From: Takakia lepidozioides
Lineage: Eukaryota > Plantae > Bryophyta
Length of the DNA: 64,000 bases
Assembly: GCA_030704615.1 (NCBI GenBank)
Contig: CM060732.1
Location: forward strand, 22,506,001 to 22,570,000
Direction of reading: 5' to 3'
How positions within the stretch are numbered: the first letter of the stretch is position 1; the number at the start of each line of letters is the position of its first letter. Both the position numbers and the translations under genes were made by a program. The notes under the pieces are model-generated. The model was given only the letters and a program-made list of their open reading frames with translations, made no database searches and was not told the DNA's origin. Below, piece by piece: positions 1-10,974 of the stretch.

Positions 1-107
1 TTCTCATCCACGGGGTATAGTTTGAAATCTGCCACTGAAGTCCATCCCCCGGATGGAAATTCGGCGCCGCATTTACATCGAAGGGGGGATGGACTTCGTC
101 GTCTCGA

Positions 108-485
108 GTGGCTATAGGCCCACATATGTGCAGGATTCCAGGATCCGGGTCGAAACATGTAGGGCCTACACTTCTTGCCAAGACGAATGTCTCGTTCTTT
201 GCGAGGGCCGACTTCATGACGAGCCCGGTGAAGGACTACTCCCTTCCTAGTTATGCAGCTAAACTCGCAAATACAACAATTAGACGATGTGAGAATCCCA
301 GTAAAGTAGAGCAGATTATGGAGAGGGCTAGGGAGGACAGAAGGATAAGGAAACAGTTGGCAGCAGCTGAGATAGGTAGACGGGTGCGAAAGTTCATATG
401 TGATTCAGCAGAAGAGAGCGATGCAGACAGGGAGGACGACGACCCAACGGAGGTGAGATGGTCGGTTCCGCAAGGGGAAGATGGG
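108..485 (+). pseudogene. 5' part of an acidic ORF of unknown function, interrupted by the retroelement; continues in frame at 11330-11476
   Basis: Removing 486-11329 (element plus one TGGG) restores ...PQGEDG-IFESLSNEQSAGQEKGNDGVEAEHD... in one frame to TAA at 11474-11476. Confidence 0.6.
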
Positions 486-570
486 TGTCGTGCGCATACA
501 TATCGCTACACAACTACATCGCTGTCCAAACCACACCACACATATATGCACAATAAAGTAGTCTAGCACA
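486..570. repeat. Short terminal repeat S, outer copy (85 bp)
   Basis: Identical by eye to 926-1010 (TGTCGTGCGCATAC...GTCTAGCACA). Confidence 0.95.
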
Positions 571-571
571 A

Positions 572-1010
572 TGATAGAAAGACTCTTTAACACACTGTTG
601 ACACAAAACATGGAAACCAAAATCATCACTCTTTGAAATAGAAGTCGAGCCAGGGGCACCCCAAGCTATGGGGACTCCACCCCACAACAACCTACACTCC
701 CATCATAAACACACACAGCTTCTAAACGCAGGAAGGAGCTCGGTCGCGCAGGCTCAACTCGAGAGAGATGAGCCGCGCGACTGTCGCTCTCGTGAAGATA
801 AGACAGACCAGGTGTCAAACTAAACTTGACACCTGATTTAACACTTGACCTAAATCCAAGTGTTAAATACAAATAACTAGTTTTATTCTAGCTGTTTTCA
901 CACTGTGCTTATTTAACTTGACAGCTGTCGTGCGCATACATATCGCTACACAACTACATCGCTGTCCAAACCACACCACACATATATGCACAATAAAGTA
1001 GTCTAGCACA
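572..1010 (-). repeat. Complete 439-bp LTR = L (572-923) + GC + S (926-1010)
   Basis: TG...CA ends; L identical by eye to 10974-11325; purine tract adjacent at 1011-1022 on the minus strand. Confidence 0.85.
920..929. other. Perfect 10-bp palindrome GACAGCTGTC; putative integrase attachment site
   Basis: Equals the element right end (GACA) + GC + the element left end (TGTC). Confidence 0.8.
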
Positions 1011-1022
1011 ATCGCCCCCCTA
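1011..1022 (-). other. Putative polypurine tract (TAGGGGGGCGAT on minus strand)
   Basis: G-run immediately upstream of the complete LTR in element orientation. Confidence 0.6.
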
Positions 1023-1270
1023 GCTGGTGGATAGGTCCCCCTACCTCCAGATAGCTACAAGATGTAATAGCCACAGCCGTACTAAGTCCTCTATCACTGT
1101 CTTTATCGAGCTCAAACTCTATCAACCAAGAGGCCGGGTACAAGAGTAGCCCCATCGTTAGTCGCCGTCTTGCAATCTATGAACTTGAGCCAAGATCTCG
1201 TGTGTTCAAGGTCTCCTAGTAGCTGGGCCTTGCATTTCTTGTTAGCCTCCCATGGTTGTATCCACTCCCA

Positions 1271-2562
1271 CTATCCAATGCAATGTGGACATAACCAATC
1301 CCCATCCGGAACCATCTCAAGAGGTGGAGTTAAGCATCCCATATGCCAACCTCTAGAGCACCGATCACATACCAGCATGGTGGCTGCCCCTTTAGCAGAC
1401 CCACACAACATGCACCTCAAACCTGCAGATACCACTGCCAAGTTTGGGTCAATCCTGCCATCGACATTCGGAAGGTGACATGGTGCACAATTACGCACAT
1501 GGTCCTTCCAAGTGATGCCATCCCGACCCTCCAAGACCAAGACGCCTGAGGGCAAGACCTCTCGAACCCTCAAAATAACACGTCCTGCAGTCACATCCAG
1601 GGTCGTAGGAGCAGTCTGCTGCAGATAGACATAGTCACCAGGGTTGAATCTCCGAACCCCAGGACGATAGCCCCCACCACGTATGGTAGCATACCTCAAC
1701 GTATCACGGTGTTGTGCAATGGCAAGGTTCTCGAAAGCCATAGGCATGACTCTCTTGAACAACTCTGCACGCTGCTCACATGCACGTGCCCACACGTCCG
1801 GATCGTCAAGGTTAAGAACTGTAACAGCTTCTCTGCGAATGGATGTAGGCAAATCCGGCTCTCGGCCAAAGAGAAGAAAGTATGGTGAGAAGGAGGCAAG
1901 TGATGCTTGCTTGCTGAACCTGTAGCCCATGGCTAACCAGGGTAACTGAAGGTCCCAATCTCCTAGGTGTCCCTTCTGCAAGCCATACTTGCGCAAACCC
2001 CTCTTTACTGTCTGAACAACTCTCTCTGCCAAGCCATCGGCTTCAGGATGATCCCGAGAAGTGGTGCGGTGGTCTATCAAGGCCTTGTCACACAAAGCCT
2101 GAAACTCCCCAAGAACTCTCTCCCTTGGTCCGTGAGTACCTCAGCTGGAGCACCGAATCGGCTAAGCACACAATCCAGGAATGCATACGCAGCTCCCTCA
2201 CTAGCCTTATCAGGCAATGGAACCAATTCAATCCACTTGGAGAAGTGCTCCACCATCACCAACACGTACTTGTTGTGGCGCATGGTCAGTGGCAACGGCC
2301 CTGCGAAGTCAAGACTCCACCTGTAGCCCAATCCCATGATCGGAAGAGGGTGCAATTGTGGAGTAGGGGCGTTGAATGAAGCATGCACCCTGTCACACAC
2401 CATGCACCTAGCCACAAAGTGTTGTACCTCTGTGTGCATACCACGCCACCAATATTGCCCCTGCAGTAGACTATGAGTGCGTCGCACCCCAAAATGCCCC
2501 AACTCCTCATGGGCATGTCGCACTAACCGTGCCCGATGTGTTGGGTGAGGCACAATCCTCAC
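1271..2562 (-). pseudogene. Gypsy-type DDE integrase (HHCC zinc finger, rve core) with C-terminal PHD finger; frameshift near 2100
   Basis: HEELGH...CMVC; WSLDFAGP, VLTDQGREF, HPEADGLAERVVQTVK; C4HC3 PHD CMLC...CDRC..GWHMGC..PPL..VP.GDWLCPHC at about 1274-1420. Confidence 0.93.
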
Positions 2563-2574
2563 TCGACCATCCGC

Positions 2575-3385
2575 ACTTGCCCGGATGTAACTTCAATCCG
2601 TGCGTCCTCAAGCGCTCAAATACCCCCTGAAGGTGTCTCTCATGCTCCTCCACCGTAGCACTAAAGATGATGATGTCATCTATGTAGCACCGAGCAAACT
2701 CCACCCCTGCTAGAATCCTGTCCATGACTCTTTGAAACTCAGCGGGAGCGTTTTTAAGCCCAAATGGTAAGAACCGCCACTGGTATAGGCAATCCTTCCC
2801 GTGCTCATTGATCCCCCAGAATGCCGTCTTTTGCTTATCCGCCTCCTTGATCGGCAACTGGTGATATCCGGATCGTAAATCCAACGTGCTAAAGACCTTG
2901 GAATGCCCAATGGCATCAAAGATCTCCTCTGGTGTTGGCATGGCATACCTATCGGACTTAGTCTGACGATTTACAGGCCGGTAATCACCGCACATACGTC
3001 TCTCCGTCCAATTGCCATAGACATCCTTCTTAGCTGGCATCACTGTGGCTGAAGCATACTCTCCACCAGAGAGCTCCACCAAACCTGCCTCCCAGAGATC
3101 TTGAGTCCTCATCTGAATCAAAGACCTCTCCATGTCACTGTATCTATAGGGTCTCCGAAAGATTGGCGTGTCAGTGGCCAACTCAATACGGATCTCTTGA
3201 CCCTTCAGTGCTCCCAAGTCCTTCAAACTGAAGGCAAAGCAATTCCTGTAAGCCCTCAGGAACCGCCGTATACGTCGTCTCTCTCCTCCGGTGACAATGG
3301 GTCCAATATCAGGCTCCCAATTGTCCTCCGTAACTGCAACCTTAAGTCCAGTGGGCTTAGAGGTAGAGGACGCGTCCCGTGGTTG
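2575..3385 (-). pseudogene. Gypsy-type reverse transcriptase, truncated after the palm (thumb and RNase H deleted)
   Basis: RMCGDYRPVN, FSTLDLRSGYHQ, LPFGLKNAPAEFQR, YIDDIIIFS, LKLHPGKC, then abuts the integrase N-terminus at about 2575. Confidence 0.93.
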
Positions 3386-6300
3386 CTATGCTGCAACCTC
3401 TTGAGCAGTACCCCCTTCCTGCTTAGTCAATGACAAGGCCTCATCCTGCCCCATCATCTCGTCATTGAGAACCTCCTCATCCCGAGAAGAATCCCCAACC
3501 TCATCCATCACAGCTGCCTTCGCTGCCAACTCCCTCTGAACCTCGAGCACCTCCCACATGTGCCATGGATGTCTACACCTCGTGGTCCTCACCGGCTCGC
3601 CCCCACTCGCTGCCTGTACCGTCTCGGTAGGCAGAGAGACCATCAAGGGAAGTGCACTCCGCACTCTACGTTGCTCAGCCATAGCCAAGCTGACAATCCA
3701 GGTCAAGCAATTGAGATCCATTGCTTGCCCCAACACCTGACGACGTGATGCCTCCGAAAGGGAAGGCACCGCCGTGGTCCCAGTGGAAAACCCCATAGCC
3801 CGCTCTCGCTCGTCGGCATTAGGCTCCACTAACTGCTGCAACTGAGCATCCCACAGGAGGCCAGGTCCACCATCCCGAAAAGCATGGGATCCTGGGAAGC
3901 TGAGCAGTGTAGGTAATGCTGCTCGTGGTTGACCCACTCTGTTGACCACTTCCAAAGGCGAACGGTCATCGTGTCTCACACGTTGAGATTGCCTTCCTGT
4001 GTCCAAAATGCCATCCACGGTGAGGTGTGCTGGCCGCTGCACCCCATCAAATGCACGCTTGAGCAGTGCGGGTGGCATCAAGTTAGTCCACCATAGTCGT
4101 GGACGATGAGCCCGTGACCCCAGTGCAGCTGCATCCAGCAATACTGCTGACCCAAGCCACGACCGGACTTGATGCACACTGGCCATCACCCTGGCCCGAG
4201 AATCACCCATCAGTGGCACATTCTCCAAGATGTATGCCGGAGATACAGCCTGATGAAGCTGCAAGTGGCGCAAAATCCGCACCATCTCCCAAAACAGACC
4301 CGTCCTCGAGTCTCGCAATCCATTGCCATGCCCGGCTGATGAATGCCCTTGGTAGGGCCAACCTGCCACTACCAGATCAATGGAGCCAACCCGCTCCAAA
4401 TCCTGCGCCCCCAGCAACGCAATGTCTGCTGGCAAGGCCTGCTGATATCCACGAACTGCAGACACCGGCAACAACTCAGGATGCTGCTGCACCATCTGAG
4501 CAACATGGCGCAGTGAGACGCGTCGTGCAGTCTCATCCCTCTCCACATACAGGTAACGTCGAACTCGTACACCTGCCTGCAGCACTGCAGCCAATCCAGT
4601 GCTGATCCCGCCAAATAAGTCCAGAAGGCATATGCCTTCATCCGGTCGCTGCCACACAAGAGGTGTGGTGTCCAATGGCGACAACTGAGGTGGCCCTGGT
4701 ACAATCACCGCACTCTCCTCCTCTCCTGACGGTACAAAAGCTTCTAACCAAGCTTGTTGCACCCGTCCATCAGCAGCGTGCTGCAAATCCTTGCTCGTAC
4801 CCCACAACGGAGTGTGAGCAACCATGGCAGGCAACTCCGCCGTACCATGCATGTCATCCTGCTCTGCTAGAGGTGGCACATCCTCTGCATGGGCATTGCC
4901 TTCCAGCAACTCTCCAGGCCAGCTGACTGCAGCTGTGAAGGCGGCTAGTGTTGGCATCTTGCCCCGCTGAGCAGCTGCAATACCCCCAAGGAATGTCACA
5001 GGGAGCTGTGCACGACGACCATCCCCTGACTGCCATCCAGGCCTGTAGGATGCTGACTCCTCCCAGAAATCCAGGGTGAAGCCCATGGGGTATAACACTG
5101 CCCCACCAACGAGGACATCGTAAGAGACCGCGTCTGTCACAATGGCCTTGGCTCGCATCACTGAGCCATCTACAGGATGATCCGGCTGCAGTCTAATAGC
5201 CAACTGATGCCGTGTCATGCCGCGAGCCTGCTCTGATCCTCCCAGAGATGTCTGTATCTGGAAAGGACAAGGCTCCATATCCGCCTCCATGAGGCCCAAA
5301 CCTGCAATAGCAGCTCTGCCCAACATCAGTGGCTGAGCTCCTGAGTCCAACAAGACCCGCAGTGGCCGGTACTGCTTGCCTGCCGGTCCACTCAAAGTGA
5401 AAATGCCTCCCTGGTTGTCTAACAAGACAACTCCAGGTGTCACCATGGCGCGCTCAAAGGCTGGCCTAGCTGGCAGCTCCGTCAATCTGGCAGCTGCAGC
5501 TTGCCAGGGCGCTGCCGTGGCAGTCTTGACCCTCAAATCCGAGGATCCCTCTGTCACTACACCTTTTACTAACTCCGCAGAAGATGAAGTGACCTCTCCA
5601 CTCTCGCAGAGTGTTGCTGCTAGTCTGAACACTGCAGCTGGTCTCACTCCCGGCGTCGCAATCATGGTCGCCGAGAACAGTGGGGCTTGACACACAGAGG
5701 TGGCTGCTCCCAATAACACACCGGCTGCACTAGCCTTGGTAGTAGGTGTCAGTGCTGCACGGGTAGCTCTTCCCAATGGCATAGTAACCTCCGCCTCGGT
5801 AACAGTCGGGCGAGAACTAGGTGCCATGGATGGCGTTGACACTGTCTCCGCCAAGGTGAATGACTGAGGCAGCCTTGCCTGACGGCTTGCCTCCCCACGT
5901 TGTGGATCCAACTCCACCTCTGCACCTCGTGGCTCAGGAACTCGTGTTGCTCCTCGAGTCACGGCTGCAGCAGACTCCACCTGCTCTAATGGTAGTGCTG
6001 CTCCGCACATGAATCCCATTCCGCCCATATCTCCTCCCTCAGGAGCAGGAGGTGGGCCATCCCGCCTGGGAGCCGGTACCGCCTGAGCTATAGCCATGGC
6101 AGCGAGCCTCTGCTCTAGCTGCTGAAGCCGATTGGCCATGCCTTGGTCAACACCCTGACCTCCGCGTCCTTGGCCATGTGGAGGTTGCCCTTGGCCTGCA
6201 CCTCGTGCCCGACCACCTCGTCCTCTTTGGGCTGGTACACCTCGCCCCCGGCCACCATTGTTCCCTTGGAACTGGCCTGGGCGCAACTCAGGATGCAAGT

Positions 6301-6502
6301 CATAACACTGGGCATCTCCATGCCCATACTTGCCACAATGCCCATACTTGCCACAATGCCCACACTGCAACTGTGCAGGCTGTGCTTGTGCCGGCCTTCT
6401 GCCACTCTCTGGGCAATCTCTCTTGACATGGGGTCCTCCACATGTCCAACATATCACCCCTGGTTGCTGTTGGCCTGCAAAAGATGCCACGGGCCTCTGC
6501 AC
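3386..6502 (-). CDS. Polyprotein segment: CCHC zinc knuckles, aspartic protease, C5 cytosine DNA methyltransferase domain
   Basis: CWTCGGPHVKRDC and CGHCGKYGH..C knuckles; VLLDSGAQ and YDVLVG protease motifs; MTase motifs listed in the next feature. Its TAG stop is in frame with RT. Confidence 0.9.
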   Translation of the reverse strand: MQRPVASFAGQQQPGVICWTCGGPHVKRDCPESGRRPAQAQPAQLQCGHCGKYGHCGKYGHGDAQCYDLHPELRPGQFQGNNGGRGRGVPAQRGRGGRARGAGQGQPPHGQGRGGQGVDQGMANRLQQLEQRLAAMAIAQAVPAPRRDGPPPAPEGGDMGGMGFMCGAALPLEQVESAAAVTRGATRVPEPRGAEVELDPQRGEASRQARLPQSFTLAETVSTPSMAPSSRPTVTEAEVTMPLGRATRAALTPTTKASAAGVLLGAATSVCQAPLFSATMIATPGVRPAAVFRLAATLCESGEVTSSSAELVKGVVTEGSSDLRVKTATAAPWQAAAARLTELPARPAFERAMVTPGVVLLDNQGGIFTLSGPAGKQYRPLRVLLDSGAQPLMLGRAAIAGLGLMEADMEPCPFQIQTSLGGSEQARGMTRHQLAIRLQPDHPVDGSVMRAKAIVTDAVSYDVLVGGAVLYPMGFTLDFWEESASYRPGWQSGDGRRAQLPVTFLGGIAAAQRGKMPTLAAFTAAVSWPGELLEGNAHAEDVPPLAEQDDMHGTAELPAMVAHTPLWGTSKDLQHAADGRVQQAWLEAFVPSGEEESAVIVPGPPQLSPLDTTPLVWQRPDEGICLLDLFGGISTGLAAVLQAGVRVRRYLYVERDETARRVSLRHVAQMVQQHPELLPVSAVRGYQQALPADIALLGAQDLERVGSIDLVVAGWPYQGHSSAGHGNGLRDSRTGLFWEMVRILRHLQLHQAVSPAYILENVPLMGDSRARVMASVHQVRSWLGSAVLLDAAALGSRAHRPRLWWTNLMPPALLKRAFDGVQRPAHLTVDGILDTGRQSQRVRHDDRSPLEVVNRVGQPRAALPTLLSFPGSHAFRDGGPGLLWDAQLQQLVEPNADERERAMGFSTGTTAVPSLSEASRRQVLGQAMDLNCLTWIVSLAMAEQRRVRSALPLMVSLPTETVQAASGGEPVRTTRCRHPWHMWEVLEVQRELAAKAAVMDEVGDSSRDEEVLNDEMMGQDEALSLTKQEGGTAQEVAA
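3690..4640 (-). other. C5 cytosine methyltransferase domain (DNMT3/Dcm-like fold); catalytic Cys reads Tyr in this copy
   Basis: Motif I LLDLFGGI, II YVERD, III ADI, IV DLVVAGWP[Y]QGHS, RTGLFWE, VI YILENV, VIII AHRPRLWWTN, IX ERERAMGF, X RRQVLGQAM, all in canonical order. Confidence 0.9.
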
Positions 6503-7610
6503 CTGAGGTCCCCTGTAAGCTCCATGGACTTGGGCTGGGCAACCTTGCCCCCCTGACCACGCTGTTGGGCAGTCCCTTGTGCTTGTGGGCTGACAACTGT
6601 GCCCCGTACAGGCATGTCCTTACCAAATCCAATTGTAACAACTCGCTCCTCCACCATGTTGAGCTCAATCCGCTCAGCCAGCAGAAACACATCTGCTAAT
6701 GTGGGTTGGGCTGCTTGTAACAGGGTTGCATCTCGCACCCTTCTCTTGAGCTCCTTGTCCAGAATTCCATACCAAAACTGGATTGCCTGAGCTTCAGTAA
6801 CCCCTTGGGTCACACTTATCAAGCGCCTCATACGAGTGTACGCCTCTCGCAGGCTCTCACTGGGTTTGCGCTGGAAGTCTTGCAAACTTCGCAGCTTCTC
6901 TGTCCGTACACCTTGGTAGTTCCTCCGCAACTCCTGGAAGAACTCCACCACCGGGTTGAATCTAGGCACATGTGTTGTAGCTGTGGCAGGAGGAGTAGTA
7001 GCACCTTCTGAACTGGTACCACCTGCAGAAGTACCAGCACTACTGCTCCACTACTAGTGCTGGCAGTGGGAGCTATTGGTACTGATGCAGCTACTGGTCG
7101 CGTCATGCCTCGAGTAATGGAGATGTAGTCAGGTGACCAATACATCCTCCACTCCTCAATCTCTGCTTCATGTCCTCGCCTGAACTCGTGGTAATCGTCC
7201 ATAGGCGGGCCTTCCAAATGCTGGAACAGTCCCTTCCACGCCATGAATGGGGTGAATAGATGTGGATTGCGCATCTGCTGCAAATCACACCAGCTGTCGA
7301 ACTCCTGGATAAAGTCATCCAACTCGATTGTGCCCACAGCTCCAGAGTACCTACGAGGCCCCTTGGTAGCTCCATACATCTCCTCCATGTCGTCCCACAA
7401 CAATGGCGAATGAAAGTGCACACCTGTTGATGAAGCCTCCGAGCCTGTGTCTGACTCTACAGTAATTGAGGGTGGCGGTGAAGGTGGTCTAAACCGAATA
7501 CCTCGTCTTGTGAACCCACTCTCACTGTTACTGCCTGTAGCCGTACTCCCCTCAAAACCCTTGGGTAACTCCGTAATGACACTCACAATGTGCACCTCCT
7601 CCAGGGACAC
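6454..7610 (-). pseudogene. Gag (capsid-like) region, frameshifted
   Basis: ELDDFIQEFDSWCD and FFQELRRNY...LQDFQRKPSESLREAYTRMRRL (major homology region-like) in two overlapping ORFs directly upstream of the knuckles. Confidence 0.75.
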
Positions 7611-8122
7611 TATAAGGCTCTAGTACTAATCTAATAGTGACACGGGTGGGCACCTGTTGCAGTCTAAGGGTCATATCCCAATGGCTCAGGGCACCTGCAC
7701 CTGCATCCACCGCAAGAACTCCTATGGTTGGCTGGTCATCAACCCAGCCTCACCATAGAAGAAACACTGGTGGTCTTGCTGGTCATCACTCCAGCCTCAC
7801 CACCGACAGCATACTCTAGGATTGACCGGTGATCAAATCCGGCCTAATCCCTATGAAAGCAAGCGCCCACACAAAACCAACATGGCGCACAGTCAAGCAT
7901 GCAGGTGTTGGGGGGGATCCAAACACAAGAAATCAAAACATCAACACCCCCACACCAAAATCCAGCAGCAACGCTGATCCTGCAGAATATCCCAGCCCAA
8001 AACCCCGGACTGACTGGCCTCCACCAAGAGAGGCTTTGGCAACTACAAGTATAAGGTAATGAAAATAGTACAGAGATGGAGGGGAAGAATAGAAGCCCGA
8101 CCAAGCAAGATCTAATCCTGAT

Positions 8123-8872
8123 CTATGCTATCAACTGCCAGACTTCTCTCAAAGTGCCTCGCTCTGCATGATGGTAAGGTGTAGGAGGTATATCTATGTC
8201 CAGAAACCTGCCACTAACCTTGTCCCAAGCTACAGTAGCTCGCTCTAACCAACCCTCCTCCTCTTTCTGCCAGGTAGAGACAAAGCAATACTCCCCTATC
8301 TCCCGCTCACTGAACACTAAAGAAAACAAAGGTAGGGTCTGATAGTCTCTCAACTCGAAAGCTTTGAGACGGTTGCGGGTGTCCTCATTGCGAATGACTG
8401 CATCTCCTTCACACACAACAAACATGTCATTGCTGATGAACCCCCGCTCGTGGTTGCCCTGTGCAGAGCGTATCCGGCTGCAACCATGTCTGATTGCACA
8501 AACTTGTGTAGCTCCTGCTCCTCTGCTCCAGTACACCACGGCCTTGTGGCTGAACACCTTGGTCCCCGGGGCTGTCTTTGGCTGTGTTCCAAGCCTAGCT
8601 TCCACCCACTTTGGTATTTCACCTACAGCTGCAGAACTGCTGGCTCCAACAGAGTTCTGACTGTCCAAGGCGATATTGAGGCCCTCAATGCCAACTACAG
8701 CAGTCTGTTGTCTACTGCTAATGCCTGACTCCCAGTATGCAATCAACTCGTCCAACTGTTCTCCACTCAAATCAGTCTGAGTTCCTTGGGAAACATAGAT
8801 CCTGTCCCCTTGTGTGCACAGGCTAAGAGAAGAGACCTGCCCTTCAATTACGTCCTCATTTCCCCCAGCCAT
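8123..8872 (-). CDS. 249-aa accessory ORF of the retroelement, unknown function
   Basis: Intact ATG-to-stop ORF, sense to gag-pol, inside the element; no motif recognised. Confidence 0.55.
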   Translation of the reverse strand: MAGGNEDVIEGQVSSLSLCTQGDRIYVSQGTQTDLSGEQLDELIAYWESGISSRQQTAVVGIEGLNIALDSQNSVGASSSAAVGEIPKWVEARLGTQPKTAPGTKVFSHKAVVYWSRGAGATQVCAIRHGCSRIRSAQGNHERGFISNDMFVVCEGDAVIRNEDTRNRLKAFELRDYQTLPLFSLVFSEREIGEYCFVSTWQKEEEGWLERATVAWDKVSGRFLDIDIPPTPYHHAERGTLREVWQLIA

Positions 8873-9249
8873 ACAAGGAGTACATCCACAGGTTTGTCTC
8901 TCATATAGGCCAGCACAGGTTCTAGAAACAAGATTGTGGATATTTTATGGCACACTCCCACTCTAAAAATTCCATAGATCTTTAGCAGAGTCCCAAAAAC
9001 AGAAACCAGGTCTAGGTAGGTAGATTTCCCCTTTCTGCAGCTATTCCCCCAAAAACTGAGTCAAACAGAGTCCATTTGACAAAGATATGACCAACCAGGC
9101 TCTTTAAACATTTAAATTAGATCAAAAAGGCTTTGTTTTTTTTTTTTTAACACCAAAACGCTTTTGTCATTATAACTGCTCCCAAGTCACCTACGAGTTC
9201 CCAACACATCCAGGTAGTTCGTCCAGGTAGGGGCGATTTCAAGAGCAGA

Positions 9250-10437
9250 TCAAGAGATGCACTGCGCAACACCCTCATGGCTTATGGACAGGCGGCCTGC
9301 AATCGAACGATTCGTGGATGGTTGCTGGACTTGCACAACACATCTGCCACATCGAAACCACAGCTTCACTTCACCAACATTCAGCACAACAGGAGCAGAG
9401 CAGAGCATACAAGAGCTTGGCCGTTGATTGCGACACCTGTTGTGTGTGAAGTTTGAGAATTGAGCTGCCCTTTTTTTTTTGATGTCTGTGGTTCTACTGT
9501 GGTGTTGTACGTGTGCTCCTTGGACCTGTTGGACCTCCCGCAGACGTGATAACTTTCTTTTCTTCTTATCCTTGAACCCTCCTGAGGCCCTATACATTCT
9601 TGATTTGGCCATTTTGGAAGGAGGCCATTGGCCTTTCTTCCTTAACTTGCGCTTGCGCACCAGCCTCTTCCTTCGAAGCTCCAATCGTTTAGCCTTCTTC
9701 TTTAACAATTATGCTTTTGACTTGAGGGAAACTATGGCTGGGATGGTGACCTCAGGAACAATCTCGACCTCTGACTCTGGGGCATCTCCAGCAGCCCTGG
9801 CTACCACATTCCTCTCCGTTGTGGCCTTCCACGTCAAGGACGCACCGGCTGCGACCTGCCCACTGTAATCTCCAAGTTCTTTTCTATACTTCAAACCCAC
9901 TCTAAATCCAGAAAACAGCCCGCAAGCAGGTCTCCACTGCGAGCTTGCCGAGGCAGCAGATGGTGAGAGAGACAAGGACACATTGGAGAAGGTCGGCACA
10001 AGGGCCTGGGAAAGAAGGAACGCAAAGGTTGCAGAGTTCTCTGGTACACCAAAGCCAAGTTCTGAAGGCGGGATTCCCCCTATTGCCCAGGCAGGGCACA
10101 AGCTGGGCATTTACGGAAACCCCTCCGAGAAGCAGATGAGGCTCTCGGCAGATTGCCCTGCAGGTTTTGCTTGTAAATCAGTCTTGTTAGCCAGCGATTG
10201 TAGGGCCTGCACCTGAAGCTCCGGGGACATCAATTAATCAACGATCTCCTCCAGCAAAATGGGAGTGTCACAGGTTTCTTCCATCAACATTCACTACTTC
10301 ATGTGCTTGGCTATTTGGGCCTGTTTTTCTTTTTCCCGCCCTAACTTGCTTAAACGCTCCAGTGTGTGCTTTTGTACCCGAGCCCTTCTTAGCTCGCAGT
10401 GTCCTTCATAGAGCCGTCCTCATCGACAACTGTCCAT
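9250..10437 (-). pseudogene. Possible decayed accessory ORF (about 395 codons, six in-frame stops), basic region and C-terminal CxxC...CxxC
   Basis: ORFs 9709-10110 and 9250-9708 are one frame that extends to ATG 10437; K/R-rich stretch; CMLC..RCGRC. Confidence 0.35.
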
Positions 10438-10837
10438 ATTGCTTTAACAAGGTATGGATGTGTCACCATTGGACTGACCAGGTATAGCAAGGCTGCAGAA
10501 CAATCTGCCTCTCACAGTGCTCCTGTACAATTGCAGTTATAGCGACGCACCGAGTGCCCAACTTGCAGTAGTAATGCAACCGCAAGCGCTTGTTCCCCTG
10601 TCACAACCACACTCTTGCATGCACGCTGCACACAGGCTTCCACCTCCGGAGAAGAAGTCCAGGGACAGAGTTGCGGTTGTCAGCAGCTACCAACAGACAC
10701 AGTTTTCCTTACATTTGCGCATCATCCTGCTGCTCCACCATGATATCTCCTCACTGACCAAAACGAAGGCTGCTTCCATGCAGTGTAGCTCCGTCCTGCC
10801 CGGCGGCCTTATGCCAGAACCAACGCTGATCGAAACC

Positions 10838-10871
<34 letters not shown>

Positions 10872-10959
10872 AAAGCTTCTTAAACTAAGCACTACTCTCA
10901 CACAGGTAATCATACAAGTGCTAACCCTCAACTCCTACCTTGCACTCACAGGTAAGAGG

Positions 10960-10974
10960 TCATCTCTCTCGAGT
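10960..10974 (-). other. Primer-binding-site position complementary to the element's own LTR (11159-11173); putative self-priming site
   Basis: TCATCTCTCTCGAGT (10960-10974) is the exact reverse complement of ACTCGAGAGAGATGA (11159-11173); no TGG tRNA-type PBS. Confidence 0.7.

Noticed and set aside
9250-10437. Stops revertible by U-to-C editing or diagnostic of C>T decay
   Set aside because: Every stop codon begins with T, so revertibility is uninformative; U-to-C editing is organellar.
10841-10867. (TA)n microsatellite; also poly-C at 35223-35248
   Set aside because: Simple repeats with no supportable function.
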